Made by a program: the position numbers and the translations under genes. A stretch of DNA of 64,000 nt, from positions 56,702 through 120,701 of the forward strand of contig JAUVVB010000001.1 in assembly GCA_030604825.1 (NCBI GenBank), in the 5' to 3' direction. This document shows positions 38,585 to 47,794 of the stretch, piece after piece. The first letter of the stretch is position 1. The number at the start of each line of letters is the position of its first letter. Below the pieces are notes generated by a model. That model worked only from the letters and a program-made list of their open reading frames with translations. It ran no database searches and was not told the DNA's origin. Origin of the DNA: Chloroflexota bacterium (GTDB lineage Bacteria > Chloroflexota > Dehalococcoidia > E44-bin15).

Positions 38585-38864
38585 ATGGTAGTTGGGCCCG
38601 GTTTATGAGCTGAGGGGGCTGCTCCTATTTAAGGGGCTTAACCTGGGAAGGGCGATGGTCATCGTTTCCAATGTGGCTATTCTGGCTACAGCATGCATAG
38701 CTGATCGGCCGCTAGTCGCAGCTAGGCCTTAGTGACTGCGGGGTCAAGGTCAGTGCGGGGTGGATGCCGCTAGATTTACCTGCCTCAACCTGGGAGCTTT
38801 TCAGCAGCCCAGCGCAAGAACGCAAAGAAGCAACAGTATTGCGGGAACCAGCAGCCCGCCGCTC

Positions 38865-41021
38865 TTATGTCGCCTTCCTCCTGATCACCACAAAGCTCGT
38901 TAAGGCTACAACTAGCACCACACCGGCTACTCCACCAATAACGCCCCAGGGCACTCCAGAGCTGTCATCTGTTGGCGTTGGAGTAGGAGTTGGCGTAAGC
39001 GTAGGAGCTGGCATTGGTGTTGGCGTGGGCGCAGGTGTAGGTGTAGGCGTGGACGCTGGTGGCGTAGGTGTAGGTGTGGACGCTGCTCCTCCGCCACCAC
39101 TGGCAGGCATCGGCGTGGGTGTTAGTGTTGGGGTCGGGGTCGGGGTAGAACCACCACCGGCGGGTGTTGGTTTTGGGATCGGGGTAGAACCACCGAATTC
39201 GAAGGCACCGATGTCTGGGGCAGAGCCTTGATATGGCCAGGGGGAGTTCGCGTCGTTGAAGCCGGGGAGGACTATGCCTTTACCTATGCAAGGGGAGGTC
39301 AATTGTAAGCTCAGGTCACCATTAGCTAGGTCGACGAACTGGCTGTCGGCTGAGATTCCATGTTTCTCATAACCAGTAGCTGCTCGAAATTCCCCAAAGG
39401 TGGTATATGCGTCAGCTACGCCTGTTTGCCATTTCGCAAATCTGGTTGAAGATCTAGTATATAAGTTGTCGTAATCATAGTCACAGTAGCTCCACTCCGG
39501 GTCAGTATCGCCATTTTCTATAACATACCCGCCAACTTGAACAAGATTATTACGAGAAACTACGTTATTTAACTTGGCATTATTTCCGAAATGGCCTATT
39601 CCCCTCGAATTGCGGGAGGTGTAGATAGTGTTGTGGTATAGATAGATAGTTCCGGTGGAACTATTGCCCATCTTGAGACCGGCGTCAGCAAAATCGACGA
39701 AGACGTTGCGAAAGACATAGTATGGCCCAACCGTAACTGGAGCCAAACCCAGACCCATGTAGCCCATAGAGTCGGACCAGGAATTCTTGTAGAAATTAGC
39801 CCATATCGCCACATTGACATTGTCGCCTTCTATCTCCAACCCATCATCCCATGGACCTTCGATATAGTTATCATGGATGAATATGTCCTTGTAGCTGTTG
39901 CCCCCTATACCGTCCTTGAATCCCTTGCCAATGATGGTGTTATTACGGATCACAATTACCGAATTGCCAGGTTTGCCTTGATTCCAGAAGAACACCCCGA
40001 ACCTTTGGGCGCGTTTCTCACCTGTGTAGGTGATATGATTCCTCTGGATGAGGATATCGTGGCAGGGGTGTCCTCCGTCTATACCGTCCCTTATCAACAC
40101 TCCGGAGCAAGCCCATTGATTCCCAGGGTCGATCATAATGTTATCTTCGATAATGATGTTGTTGGTATCATAATCAAGCAGAATATTGCGGCCGTCACCG
40201 GTGCTAAAAGGATCCCTAAGCTCCAATCCTTTAATCCTGATATAGCTGGAGCTGGCGATAAGGATGTTGTGGCCTCGACTCTTCTGGCCATCTATTACTG
40301 CCTTGTCATCTAAGCTATAGCTCTGAAGGGTAATGTAGTTGTTCTCGGCCCCCGATCTTCCATTGATAATTACTTCCTCGTTGTAGATTCCTGGCATTAT
40401 CAGGACTTTATCTCCCGCCTGCACTATATCCACAGCATGCTGGATTGTGCTGAAGGGTTCGGCTTCAGTTCCAGGATTTGAGTCGTCTCCATCAATAGCT
40501 ACATAATAGGTATTTCCATTAGATGGTGGATTGTCATTTCTCGTCCTGATTGTTGCTGTGACCGGACTACCGGAGACACCGTCAGGGTCGGTATAGGTAA
40601 CCCTTACTTCGTATTCGGTATCAGGCTCAAGCCAGAAGATAATGCCTCGCCATTGATACTTGAAGGCGTTATCCAAATATAGCGTCTGGTGCAGGTCGCC
40701 GTCATAATATGGCACCTGCTCCCTTCTATCCACAGTGAACGGTGTTACTTGTTTCCATACTGGGGAGCCGACCTCACTGTACTCCAAGGTGGCCTGGTTA
40801 TTTCCGTTATCATCTCCGCTGAAGTTAGAATACACGGAAATACCTTCAAAGGCTGGGACCAGGGACAGGGTGCCTACAGTGGTTGACTTCCCCTGAGCCA
40901 GGGCTGGGGAAGCCATGCCAGCCATCAGCAGTGAGGCTAGAGCTAGGGCTACCAATACGATGTAAAGCACTTTCCTTTCATGCTTCATCTTCATGGCCAA
41001 GGGTCGAGAAATCACAACCAT
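38865..41021 (-). CDS. cell-surface protein: signal peptide, right-handed parallel beta-helix (pectate-lyase/NosD-like) domain, Pro/Thr-rich linker, C-terminal TM anchor
   Basis: 718 aa; MKMKHERKVLYIVLVALALASLLMAGMASPALA signal; beta-helix repeats rich in N/G/I; (TPTP)n; C-terminus WGVIGGVAGVVLVVALTSFVVIRRKAT. Confidence 0.7.
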   Translation of the reverse strand: MVVISRPLAMKMKHERKVLYIVLVALALASLLMAGMASPALAQGKSTTVGTLSLVPAFEGISVYSNFSGDDNGNNQATLEYSEVGSPVWKQVTPFTVDRREQVPYYDGDLHQTLYLDNAFKYQWRGIIFWLEPDTEYEVRVTYTDPDGVSGSPVTATIRTRNDNPPSNGNTYYVAIDGDDSNPGTEAEPFSTIQHAVDIVQAGDKVLIMPGIYNEEVIINGRSGAENNYITLQSYSLDDKAVIDGQKSRGHNILIASSSYIRIKGLELRDPFSTGDGRNILLDYDTNNIIIEDNIMIDPGNQWACSGVLIRDGIDGGHPCHDILIQRNHITYTGEKRAQRFGVFFWNQGKPGNSVIVIRNNTIIGKGFKDGIGGNSYKDIFIHDNYIEGPWDDGLEIEGDNVNVAIWANFYKNSWSDSMGYMGLGLAPVTVGPYYVFRNVFVDFADAGLKMGNSSTGTIYLYHNTIYTSRNSRGIGHFGNNAKLNNVVSRNNLVQVGGYVIENGDTDPEWSYCDYDYDNLYTRSSTRFAKWQTGVADAYTTFGEFRAATGYEKHGISADSQFVDLANGDLSLQLTSPCIGKGIVLPGFNDANSPWPYQGSAPDIGAFEFGGSTPIPKPTPAGGGSTPTPTPTLTPTPMPASGGGGAASTPTPTPPASTPTPTPAPTPTPMPAPTLTPTPTPTPTDDSSGVPWGVIGGVAGVVLVVALTSFVVIRRKAT
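38950..39190. repeat. low-complexity GGTGTxGGCGTxGG tandem repeats encoding the Pro/Thr linker of the surface protein
   Basis: Repeated ggtgtaggtgtaggcgtggacgct-type units; a similar tract lies at 10200-10330 in the lipoprotein gene. Confidence 0.5.
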
Positions 41022-41500
41022 GTCTTAACCGAATACTTACGGTCACTCCTGTAGATAATTTACAGCAATATACGATATCATACAATAGTCCATGACTGCA
41101 TATTATATCGTCGCCATAGCTACCAGCAATTATGCTGTTTAATCAAACAGGTCAATACTTATTTGGTACCCTTTTGACCTAGGCGGAGTAGACAGGAAGT
41201 ACTAGGAGTGGAGCTGGTCAGCTCATGGGAAAAGGCAGGTGAAAATAATAACTCAGGGAGGCCAACAAACCCTTTGACCTCAAGAAGAAACGTTGGGGAT
41301 GATGTCATCGCCTCAGCCATACCTTGCTCGCTTCCTGCATTATCGCCACATAAGCCCGCTAGCGGCCCCAGCTACGTCATCAAGCATAAGCTTGACAAAA
41401 ACAGAAAGAAGGATTAAGGCAATGCCCCGCGTGTAATATTCCTACCTCGCCCGGCGGTGGGTTCGTTCTAACGGAGGAAACTGGATCCAATTCGAGAGGG

Positions 41501-42631
41501 TTACAAAGTTCTTTCATTACCTCTGAGAGTGGCCATTACGTTTTTGGCAATCTCAGCGCCTACTTTTTCCCATGAGTACTTTTCGAGAACAAGACGTCTA
41601 CCATTTTCTCCCAGAGCCTGGCATTTCTCCGCATTCCCTATTAGCTCGACTAATACCTCCGATAGATGTTCCACATCGCCACACTTCACAAGGTGCCCAG
41701 TTTCTCCCTCTAAAACCAAATCAGGTATTCCCTCAACGTCTGTAGCAACGACGGGAAGTCCATGAGCAAATGCCTCTAAGCATACGATTGGAAAAGAAGG
41801 ATCTAGCTTGGTTGGAAGACAGAACACGGAAGCCCTTTCATAGTAATGATTGAGCCTTTCGAGGGGAACTCGACCAACTACATCGCAACTGGGAATATTC
41901 AATTTAGGTGAGCATCCCACAACGGTGAGTCGAGCGGTAGGATGAGCTTTTAGAACCCGTTTGAATGCTTCTACCAGCTCCGGTCCACCCTTCCTTTCCC
42001 AATCCATCCCCACAAACAAGATGTTCTTATTTTCGTATTTTCCTTTATCCACTTCGATGTTTGTTCCTATATTGCTACCTGAGTGCACACAAATAACTTT
42101 ATCTGAAGGACAAGAATAGTCTTCTATAATAGACCTTGATATATTACTACTCCTGGTAAAGTTAAGTGTGGCATTGTGATAAATGGTTCTCTCCAGTTCA
42201 ATCCAGCGCGGGCTATACAGGTCTTTTTTCTCAAAATCTGGATAAGATAGATTTGCCAGGTGAGTGTGGTCAGTATAGACATAGTGCGGCAAGCCTTCTT
42301 TACTTCCATCATATAATGATTGAAATTGAAAGGAAAACCGGTACTCATCTTGCGAAAGGAGGTTGGACACCAAGGTTTTTATTCTTCTAAATATATATGT
42401 CGTTCTCCAAAAACATTCGCTGATTTTTTTCCTGCCCAGCAGTATTTCCGAGCCATACTCTTTCAAAATAAAGAACATGTTTACCAGGATTACAGTTTTT
42501 TTGCTTCTAATTAAATCCCCAACATGTATTACATCAATGTCCCAATCGGGAAAGTGCTCTATTAGCGTTTGCATAACACTGCCCTTCGAGGGGTGAGCCC
42601 CCCGTGTTATGAAAGCAAATTTTCTTGCCAT
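41501..42631 (-). CDS. glycosyltransferase family 4 (GT-B, RfaB/WcaL-like); AT-rich
   Basis: 376 aa; C-terminal GT4 region CLPTKLDPSFPIVCLEAFAHGLPVVATDVEGIPDLV (E-x7-E); markedly lower GC than the flanks. Confidence 0.75.
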   Translation of the reverse strand: MARKFAFITRGAHPSKGSVMQTLIEHFPDWDIDVIHVGDLIRSKKTVILVNMFFILKEYGSEILLGRKKISECFWRTTYIFRRIKTLVSNLLSQDEYRFSFQFQSLYDGSKEGLPHYVYTDHTHLANLSYPDFEKKDLYSPRWIELERTIYHNATLNFTRSSNISRSIIEDYSCPSDKVICVHSGSNIGTNIEVDKGKYENKNILFVGMDWERKGGPELVEAFKRVLKAHPTARLTVVGCSPKLNIPSCDVVGRVPLERLNHYYERASVFCLPTKLDPSFPIVCLEAFAHGLPVVATDVEGIPDLVLEGETGHLVKCGDVEHLSEVLVELIGNAEKCQALGENGRRLVLEKYSWEKVGAEIAKNVMATLRGNERTL

Positions 42632-42660
42632 AGAGGACCTCCTTGAGAAACCCTGCCTTC

Positions 42661-42760
42661 ATCCATTGTGCCTGAGAGTAGTCTCTATGTTTTTAACTAT
42701 CTCAGCGCCTACTTTTTCCCAGTGTAGACTTGCCAGGTGAGTACGGTCAGTATAGAAAGC
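42661..42760 (-). pseudogene. ~100-bp remnant of a second GT4 paralog (internal fragment joined directly to the last ~20 codons)
   Basis: 42661-42720 is about 85% identical to 41515-41575 (...WEKVGAEI(V/A)KN...); 42731-42758 matches 42254-42281 (YTD(R/H)THLA); the intervening ~700 bp of the gene is absent. Confidence 0.55.
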
Positions 42761-43946
42761 CTTCAGTCCATAAACCAGTTATATGCCAGTTGCGTATATC
42801 AAAGATTTGCTCGTACTTACCCCCTGTTAGGTCTTTTACAGTAAAATTCCAAGATCCACTCGTTTTTTCATCGACTGAGAAACCAAATTGATGCAACTGG
42901 TCAAATACATCTTGAGCTAGAGAATCCCTTGGATTCCCCAAGAACCGAAACCGTCCCGCTTTTTTGGCGTAATCTTTGAGTATTGCATACAACAAAAGAG
43001 ATGTTGCATATCTGTCTTCCGAGAGAATGTCTGAAATGGATGCAAACCCCTGAAACAATACAACAAACGCATATGCCCGTAATTTACCACCTTGGTAAAC
43101 TTGATACTCATCGTATTTAAGGAATGGATGTTCTCGAACTCTCCACCTAAGATATTTTTGATCATATTTTAGAGATACAATATTGTTATGTTTTGACTTT
43201 ACCCTTTCATAAAGTTCTTTCAACGAACGTTCGTCTATCTCCCCTTTTTTGATTTCATATCCTGCTTGTTTTTGAATTTGAGGAATGGTTCTGCTATTTC
43301 TTATTCTCATAAAGGAAGATTGTGTAATTAACTTTCCTACAGAACCAATTCGACGCCAAAGCGGGGTTGTGGTTCCGTAGGGATTGGTTCGTAGCCTTGA
43401 AACTATATCAGCCCAAATGTTGCCAGGTCGCAGCCACACTTGAATGTCTGGGTAAAGAGTATATCCAAGTTTTTGAGGCACTTTTACTAAAGGTCCGAGA
43501 CCCCATAAGAATTGAATTCCACGGTCAATGGAATGTTTTTCTACATATCCCGCTAACTCTAGCAAAAGAGTGGTTCCTCTATAAGGTGGCAGTATTAACA
43601 GGCTTTCATTTTTTCCGGACAGGACACACTCAGTCCCAACCTCCATATAAATAGGGATCATGGCTCTTGTTGCGATTAATTTGTCACCATCTTTTGCAAA
43701 TGCGAATACTGCCTTCCCGGGCATGCATGTTTCATACTCCCATAGCCAATCTTCGGGTCTTCTTCTTGTTCCATAATGGGAGTTGTGAAAATCGACCATA
43801 TCCAAAGCATCTCTTAATGTGGCCAATCCAAATTCAATTCTTCGTTGTTCAGGCTCTGAACCGGGAAAGTCTTCTATTTGTGTTTGCATAGCGCTGGTTT
43901 TTGTGGGGTGAGAACCCCATGTTATGAAAGCAAATCTTACACTCAT
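42747..43946 (-). CDS. chimeric ORF: first ~27 codons (plus upstream leader) of a GT4 paralog fused in frame to an AT-rich acyltransferase-like (FemAB/GNAT-fold?) body
   Basis: N-terminus MSVRFAFITWGSHPTKTSAMQTQIEDFP parallels MARKFAFITRGAHPSKGSVMQTLIEHFP of ORF 41501-42631 (~85 bp of DNA homology including the 5' leader); the rest is unrelated; the last 4 codons plus stop lie in GT-derived remnant sequence. Confidence 0.5.
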   Translation of the reverse strand: MSVRFAFITWGSHPTKTSAMQTQIEDFPGSEPEQRRIEFGLATLRDALDMVDFHNSHYGTRRRPEDWLWEYETCMPGKAVFAFAKDGDKLIATRAMIPIYMEVGTECVLSGKNESLLILPPYRGTTLLLELAGYVEKHSIDRGIQFLWGLGPLVKVPQKLGYTLYPDIQVWLRPGNIWADIVSRLRTNPYGTTTPLWRRIGSVGKLITQSSFMRIRNSRTIPQIQKQAGYEIKKGEIDERSLKELYERVKSKHNNIVSLKYDQKYLRWRVREHPFLKYDEYQVYQGGKLRAYAFVVLFQGFASISDILSEDRYATSLLLYAILKDYAKKAGRFRFLGNPRDSLAQDVFDQLHQFGFSVDEKTSGSWNFTVKDLTGGKYEQIFDIRNWHITGLWTEGFLY

Positions 43947-43997
43947 ACAGCACCTCCCTAAGGAATTTCGCCTACTTTGAAGTACGCCTCCTTAACT

Positions 43998-44918
43998 TCA
44001 AAGTAGAGGTTTTTTTAGACCGTACACTATGCCCTTGTTTCTACGGGCTTCAAATCCGTCCCTGTTTAGCCAAGAAACAATGGTCCTGTAAGTTTCTTTC
44101 TCTCCCGCTTTATGATATGTTGCGATTGCCAATTTTACATCGTTGTCCTTCAAGGTTTCCTTCATCCCTTTGTATGCCTCGATCTCCGCACCTTCGACGA
44201 TCATTTTTATGAAATCAACCTTGTTTACACCCAATTCCCTCAATATATTATCCAATGTATCTACTTCGACCTCCATAAATCTACCCCTGCAACGTACGAA
44301 ACTATGCCCTGATGTATTCTCTTTGATAAAAAGCTTTAGCCTGTCCTTTCTGCTCCAAACGCCCTTCGGAACTATCACCACATTGTTTAGCCCGTTTGCC
44401 CGAATATTTCTTTCCAAGACCCTTAAATTATCCATCTCAGGCTCTATTGCAACGACCATGCCCCCATCCCCCACAGTTTTTGCTGCTCTCACCGTAAACG
44501 TCCCTATGTGTGCCCCTACATCTACAACGATGTCACCCTTTTTGACCTTATAATACTTTTGGTATATCTCGTCCCTATACTGCTGCACTAACTGGCGCCA
44601 AAGGGTTCCAAAGTATTCAATTGTCACTATTTTAGTGAGTATGTGCTGATTTCCATACCTAGAGCGAATTCTAGTAGAAAAGTCAAGTATGCTGTCTTGT
44701 TTTTCCCCGTCTGGCTGAGCATAAAACTTAACGCCATCGTTAAGCTCCACGCGCAAGGATCCGTCTTCTAGCTCTTCTACCTGAGTTATAATTTTACTTA
44801 AGGCATCTAGAGGATTATAATACCTGAAAAGAAGGCTTCTCAGAAAATCTTTAAATCTACCTTCAGGGAGTATACTACTAATTGCCTTTCTTCCCCATTC
44901 TATCAATGTATGCGTCAT
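43998..44918 (-). CDS. FkbM-family methyltransferase
   Basis: DIVVDVGAHIGTFTVRAAK SAM-binding motif, 306 aa; AT-rich. Confidence 0.7.
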   Translation of the reverse strand: MTHTLIEWGRKAISSILPEGRFKDFLRSLLFRYYNPLDALSKIITQVEELEDGSLRVELNDGVKFYAQPDGEKQDSILDFSTRIRSRYGNQHILTKIVTIEYFGTLWRQLVQQYRDEIYQKYYKVKKGDIVVDVGAHIGTFTVRAAKTVGDGGMVVAIEPEMDNLRVLERNIRANGLNNVVIVPKGVWSRKDRLKLFIKENTSGHSFVRCRGRFMEVEVDTLDNILRELGVNKVDFIKMIVEGAEIEAYKGMKETLKDNDVKLAIATYHKAGEKETYRTIVSWLNRDGFEARRNKGIVYGLKKPLL

Positions 44919-45020
44919 TTATACACCTCCACAATTACCCTTTTGCCCCAAGCCTCTGAGAGCGGCAGGTGGCCCCCTGGTTCTCCCGGTAAATATATTT
45001 GACCCGGGTATCTGCAAAGC

Positions 45021-46562
45021 TCATTTGGTTTCCTCATGCGGTGTCTCGATGACGGGTGGGCCTTGCCTCCAAACCAAAGGCACTTTAGCCATAACCAACT
45101 TTGCATATGGCTTGACCATCTCCAGAGCAAGTTCAATCATTTCATTGAGGGCTTCGGTTCTGGCCGCCTTCAATGTTATGAAGTAGATGACAGCACCTAA
45201 CAACACTGAACTGACCAGGAGCCCAACATCAGGTAAAGTGAACAAGCTTGCTGCCGCATAGCGAAAGGCAAGCAGGGTCACGGCCATCACTACAGCGCCA
45301 AAGGCGGCGGGGCGCAGTGAGGCCAGGTAATCTCTCATCCTCAAACCGATAAGTCGGTTGGCAAATATCTGGCGAGTGAGCCACATGATAGCAGCAACCC
45401 CTGAAACACCCAGGGCAACACCTACTGTTCCGAATCTGACTCCAATGAGCAGGCACGGAACCAGAAGGGCAACTGTTACTAGACTTAGTTTCAGCTCAAT
45501 ATCAGGCCTCCCCTTGGACCGCAAAACAGGTCCAACCGTTACGCTGATCGAGGCAATAGCGGCCATGATACAGAGTATCTGCATGGGCAGGATAGCCGCA
45601 GTCCATTTTTGACCAAAAACTACCTTAACCAATTCAGGGGCGACTATAGCTAGCCCAACGAATAAGGGGAGGACAATTAGACAGAGATATGTCACGCTCT
45701 TCGTGAATCCGCGGCGCAACCGCTCATCTTCATCCTGAACTATTGAGAAAGCAGGAAAAGCTACTCTGCCCACAGTCATCCACAGCCCCGTTGCCACGAA
45801 GCCTGCTGTTCTATGCCCCAAGTTGTAGAACCCCAGGGCTGCCGGCATTAAGAATATTCCGATGATCAGGTAGTCTAATCTCTCGGTCAGATACTGAACG
45901 ACCCTGCTTCCGGTCAAGTTGGAGCCAAACCCCCACAAATCCCTCAGGCTTTTGAGGCTGAACATAATAGACGGGTGCCAACGGCATAGAGCCCACCTCA
46001 GGATGGCAAGGGCAAGGTGGCTTGCCAGGTTGCCCAGGACAAGGCTCCAGACCCCAAAGCCGGCAAATGCCAGGGGCACCGCTACAGCCAGGTAAGTAAC
46101 TCCCTGTCCAATTTCACCGATTGAGAACCTGAAAAACTGTAACCTCTTCCGCAACAGGCTGCTGTGGACAGACCTCAGGGGAGCAATGACGAAGGCTAGA
46201 GAGGAAACCGCCAATATCGGACCGACGAGCTCGTTTCCGAAGAAATCTGCCACAAAGGGAGAGATAGCCACCGTCACAGTGCAGAAGACAAGGCCAAAGG
46301 CCAACCCGGTCCAAAAGGCTGTTGAAAGATGACTGGCGGTTACCTCTTTTCGCTGGATGATAGCTTCGCCAAAGCCCAGATCGCCCATTCGCAGCACTAG
46401 CTCGGTGACGATGATCGCCATGGCGACGATGCCAAAATCCTCCGGGAAGAGCAGCCGGGCCAGAACGATCATGCTTATGAAGCGCAGGCCTTGCCCCAGG
46501 ACCTGGGAGACTCCAAACCAAGTCACCCCGCGCACTGCTGACCTAGTTAGCGCACCGCTCAT
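45021..46562 (-). CDS. wzx: polysaccharide biosynthesis protein / Wzx-type flippase (MOP superfamily)
   Basis: 513 aa, ~12-14 TM; N-terminus AVRGVTWFGVSQVLGQGLRFISMIVLARLL typical of O-unit flippases. Confidence 0.75.
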   Translation of the reverse strand: MSGALTRSAVRGVTWFGVSQVLGQGLRFISMIVLARLLFPEDFGIVAMAIIVTELVLRMGDLGFGEAIIQRKEVTASHLSTAFWTGLAFGLVFCTVTVAISPFVADFFGNELVGPILAVSSLAFVIAPLRSVHSSLLRKRLQFFRFSIGEIGQGVTYLAVAVPLAFAGFGVWSLVLGNLASHLALAILRWALCRWHPSIMFSLKSLRDLWGFGSNLTGSRVVQYLTERLDYLIIGIFLMPAALGFYNLGHRTAGFVATGLWMTVGRVAFPAFSIVQDEDERLRRGFTKSVTYLCLIVLPLFVGLAIVAPELVKVVFGQKWTAAILPMQILCIMAAIASISVTVGPVLRSKGRPDIELKLSLVTVALLVPCLLIGVRFGTVGVALGVSGVAAIMWLTRQIFANRLIGLRMRDYLASLRPAAFGAVVMAVTLLAFRYAAASLFTLPDVGLLVSSVLLGAVIYFITLKAARTEALNEMIELALEMVKPYAKLVMAKVPLVWRQGPPVIETPHEETK

Positions 46563-46617
46563 TTAATCAGCCCACCTCGTCTGGCTTATGGCAATGGTTC
46601 CGGCTATCATCCATGCT

Positions 46618-47775
46618 CTACCCAACAGTGAGGCCCTCCCTCTGCCTCAGAGTCTCCTCATATAGTGATTGATATTGGTGTACCATCCTTTCCAGGCTGA
46701 ATTGGGTGACAACCCTCTCCTTGGCTCTTTGGCCCATGGCCTCGGCTGTGTCTGGATCCTGGAGTAGTGCGATGATGGCCTGTGCCAGCGGCTCAGCATC
46801 CCCCCGGGGAACCAGGAAGCCAGTTTCGCCGTGGCGCACCAGCTCCCGGTTGCCTCCCACATCCGTGGCCACCACCGGTTTTCCCAGCGCCATGGCCTCG
46901 AGCAGGGAGTTAGAACAGCCCTCGGTCTCTGAGGTCAGAGCAGCTATGTCGAAGGCTGAAAGGTAGGTGCCCACATCTCGTTGCTCACCAAAAAAGACCG
47001 CTTTTGAAGCCAGACCCAGCTCCTGGGTCATGTCTTCCAGATGGCTGCGCAAGGGTCCGTCTCCCACTAGAGCAAATCTTGTATCTGGCATAACCTGGTT
47101 GATCAACGCTGCCGCCTGGAGGAAGATAGCGTGGCCTTTAACCGGAAACAAACGGGCCATCATGCCCACTACCCTGCCGTGGGGAGGCAGATCGAGCCTC
47201 CGCCTGACCTGTTCCACGCCCTCGTCATCGGCGGTCAGGCGACTCAGGTTGATCCCGTTATAGATCACCCTTATGCGGGAAGGTTTGATGCCTCGTTGGA
47301 CAAGATATTCCTGTCCCGCATGGCTGTTAGGAACAGCCCAGTCAGCAAAGCGGGTGAGGAAATCCTCAGCCTTGAGGTAGATACGATAGCCAAGGTGATC
47401 ATTCCTTTTTCCGGGGCCGGATCTTTCGGTCACAATCTTCACCGGCGTGCGTCGCAGGAGCGCTGGCAGAAGGCCGAAAAGGGTAGCCGGGGTGAGGAAA
47501 GGTTGAACTATATCGATCTTCATCTTGCGGAGGATGCCCAAGACCTTAAACAGGCAGAGAAGATCGTATTTCCCCTTGCGTTCTAGGGAAATGACCTCGA
47601 CGTCGGGCACTTGCTTGAATTCCCGTTCCAGAGGGCCCCCGGGGTGAAGGGTGAGGACAACGGGCTTGAATCGTTTCTTGTCCAGGCCCTTGACCAGTTC
47701 CAGGAGCTGACGCTGTGCTCCGTCCATTGCTAGGTCAGTTATGGGGAAAAGCACCGTTATGCGCTCATTCATCAA
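46618..47775 (-). CDS. glycosyltransferase family 4
   Basis: 385 aa; EGCSNSLLEAMALGKPVVATDVGGNRELV. Confidence 0.8.
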   Translation of the reverse strand: MMNERITVLFPITDLAMDGAQRQLLELVKGLDKKRFKPVVLTLHPGGPLEREFKQVPDVEVISLERKGKYDLLCLFKVLGILRKMKIDIVQPFLTPATLFGLLPALLRRTPVKIVTERSGPGKRNDHLGYRIYLKAEDFLTRFADWAVPNSHAGQEYLVQRGIKPSRIRVIYNGINLSRLTADDEGVEQVRRRLDLPPHGRVVGMMARLFPVKGHAIFLQAAALINQVMPDTRFALVGDGPLRSHLEDMTQELGLASKAVFFGEQRDVGTYLSAFDIAALTSETEGCSNSLLEAMALGKPVVATDVGGNRELVRHGETGFLVPRGDAEPLAQAIIALLQDPDTAEAMGQRAKERVVTQFSLERMVHQYQSLYEETLRQREGLTVG

Positions 47776-47794
47776 CCCACCTCACCCCAATACC

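Noticed and set aside
41466-41473. Single TTCTAAC copy downstream of the last glycosyltransferase gene as an additional regulator box
   Set aside because: An isolated 7-mer is expected by chance in 64 kb. Only the phased multi-copy arrays are treated as significant.
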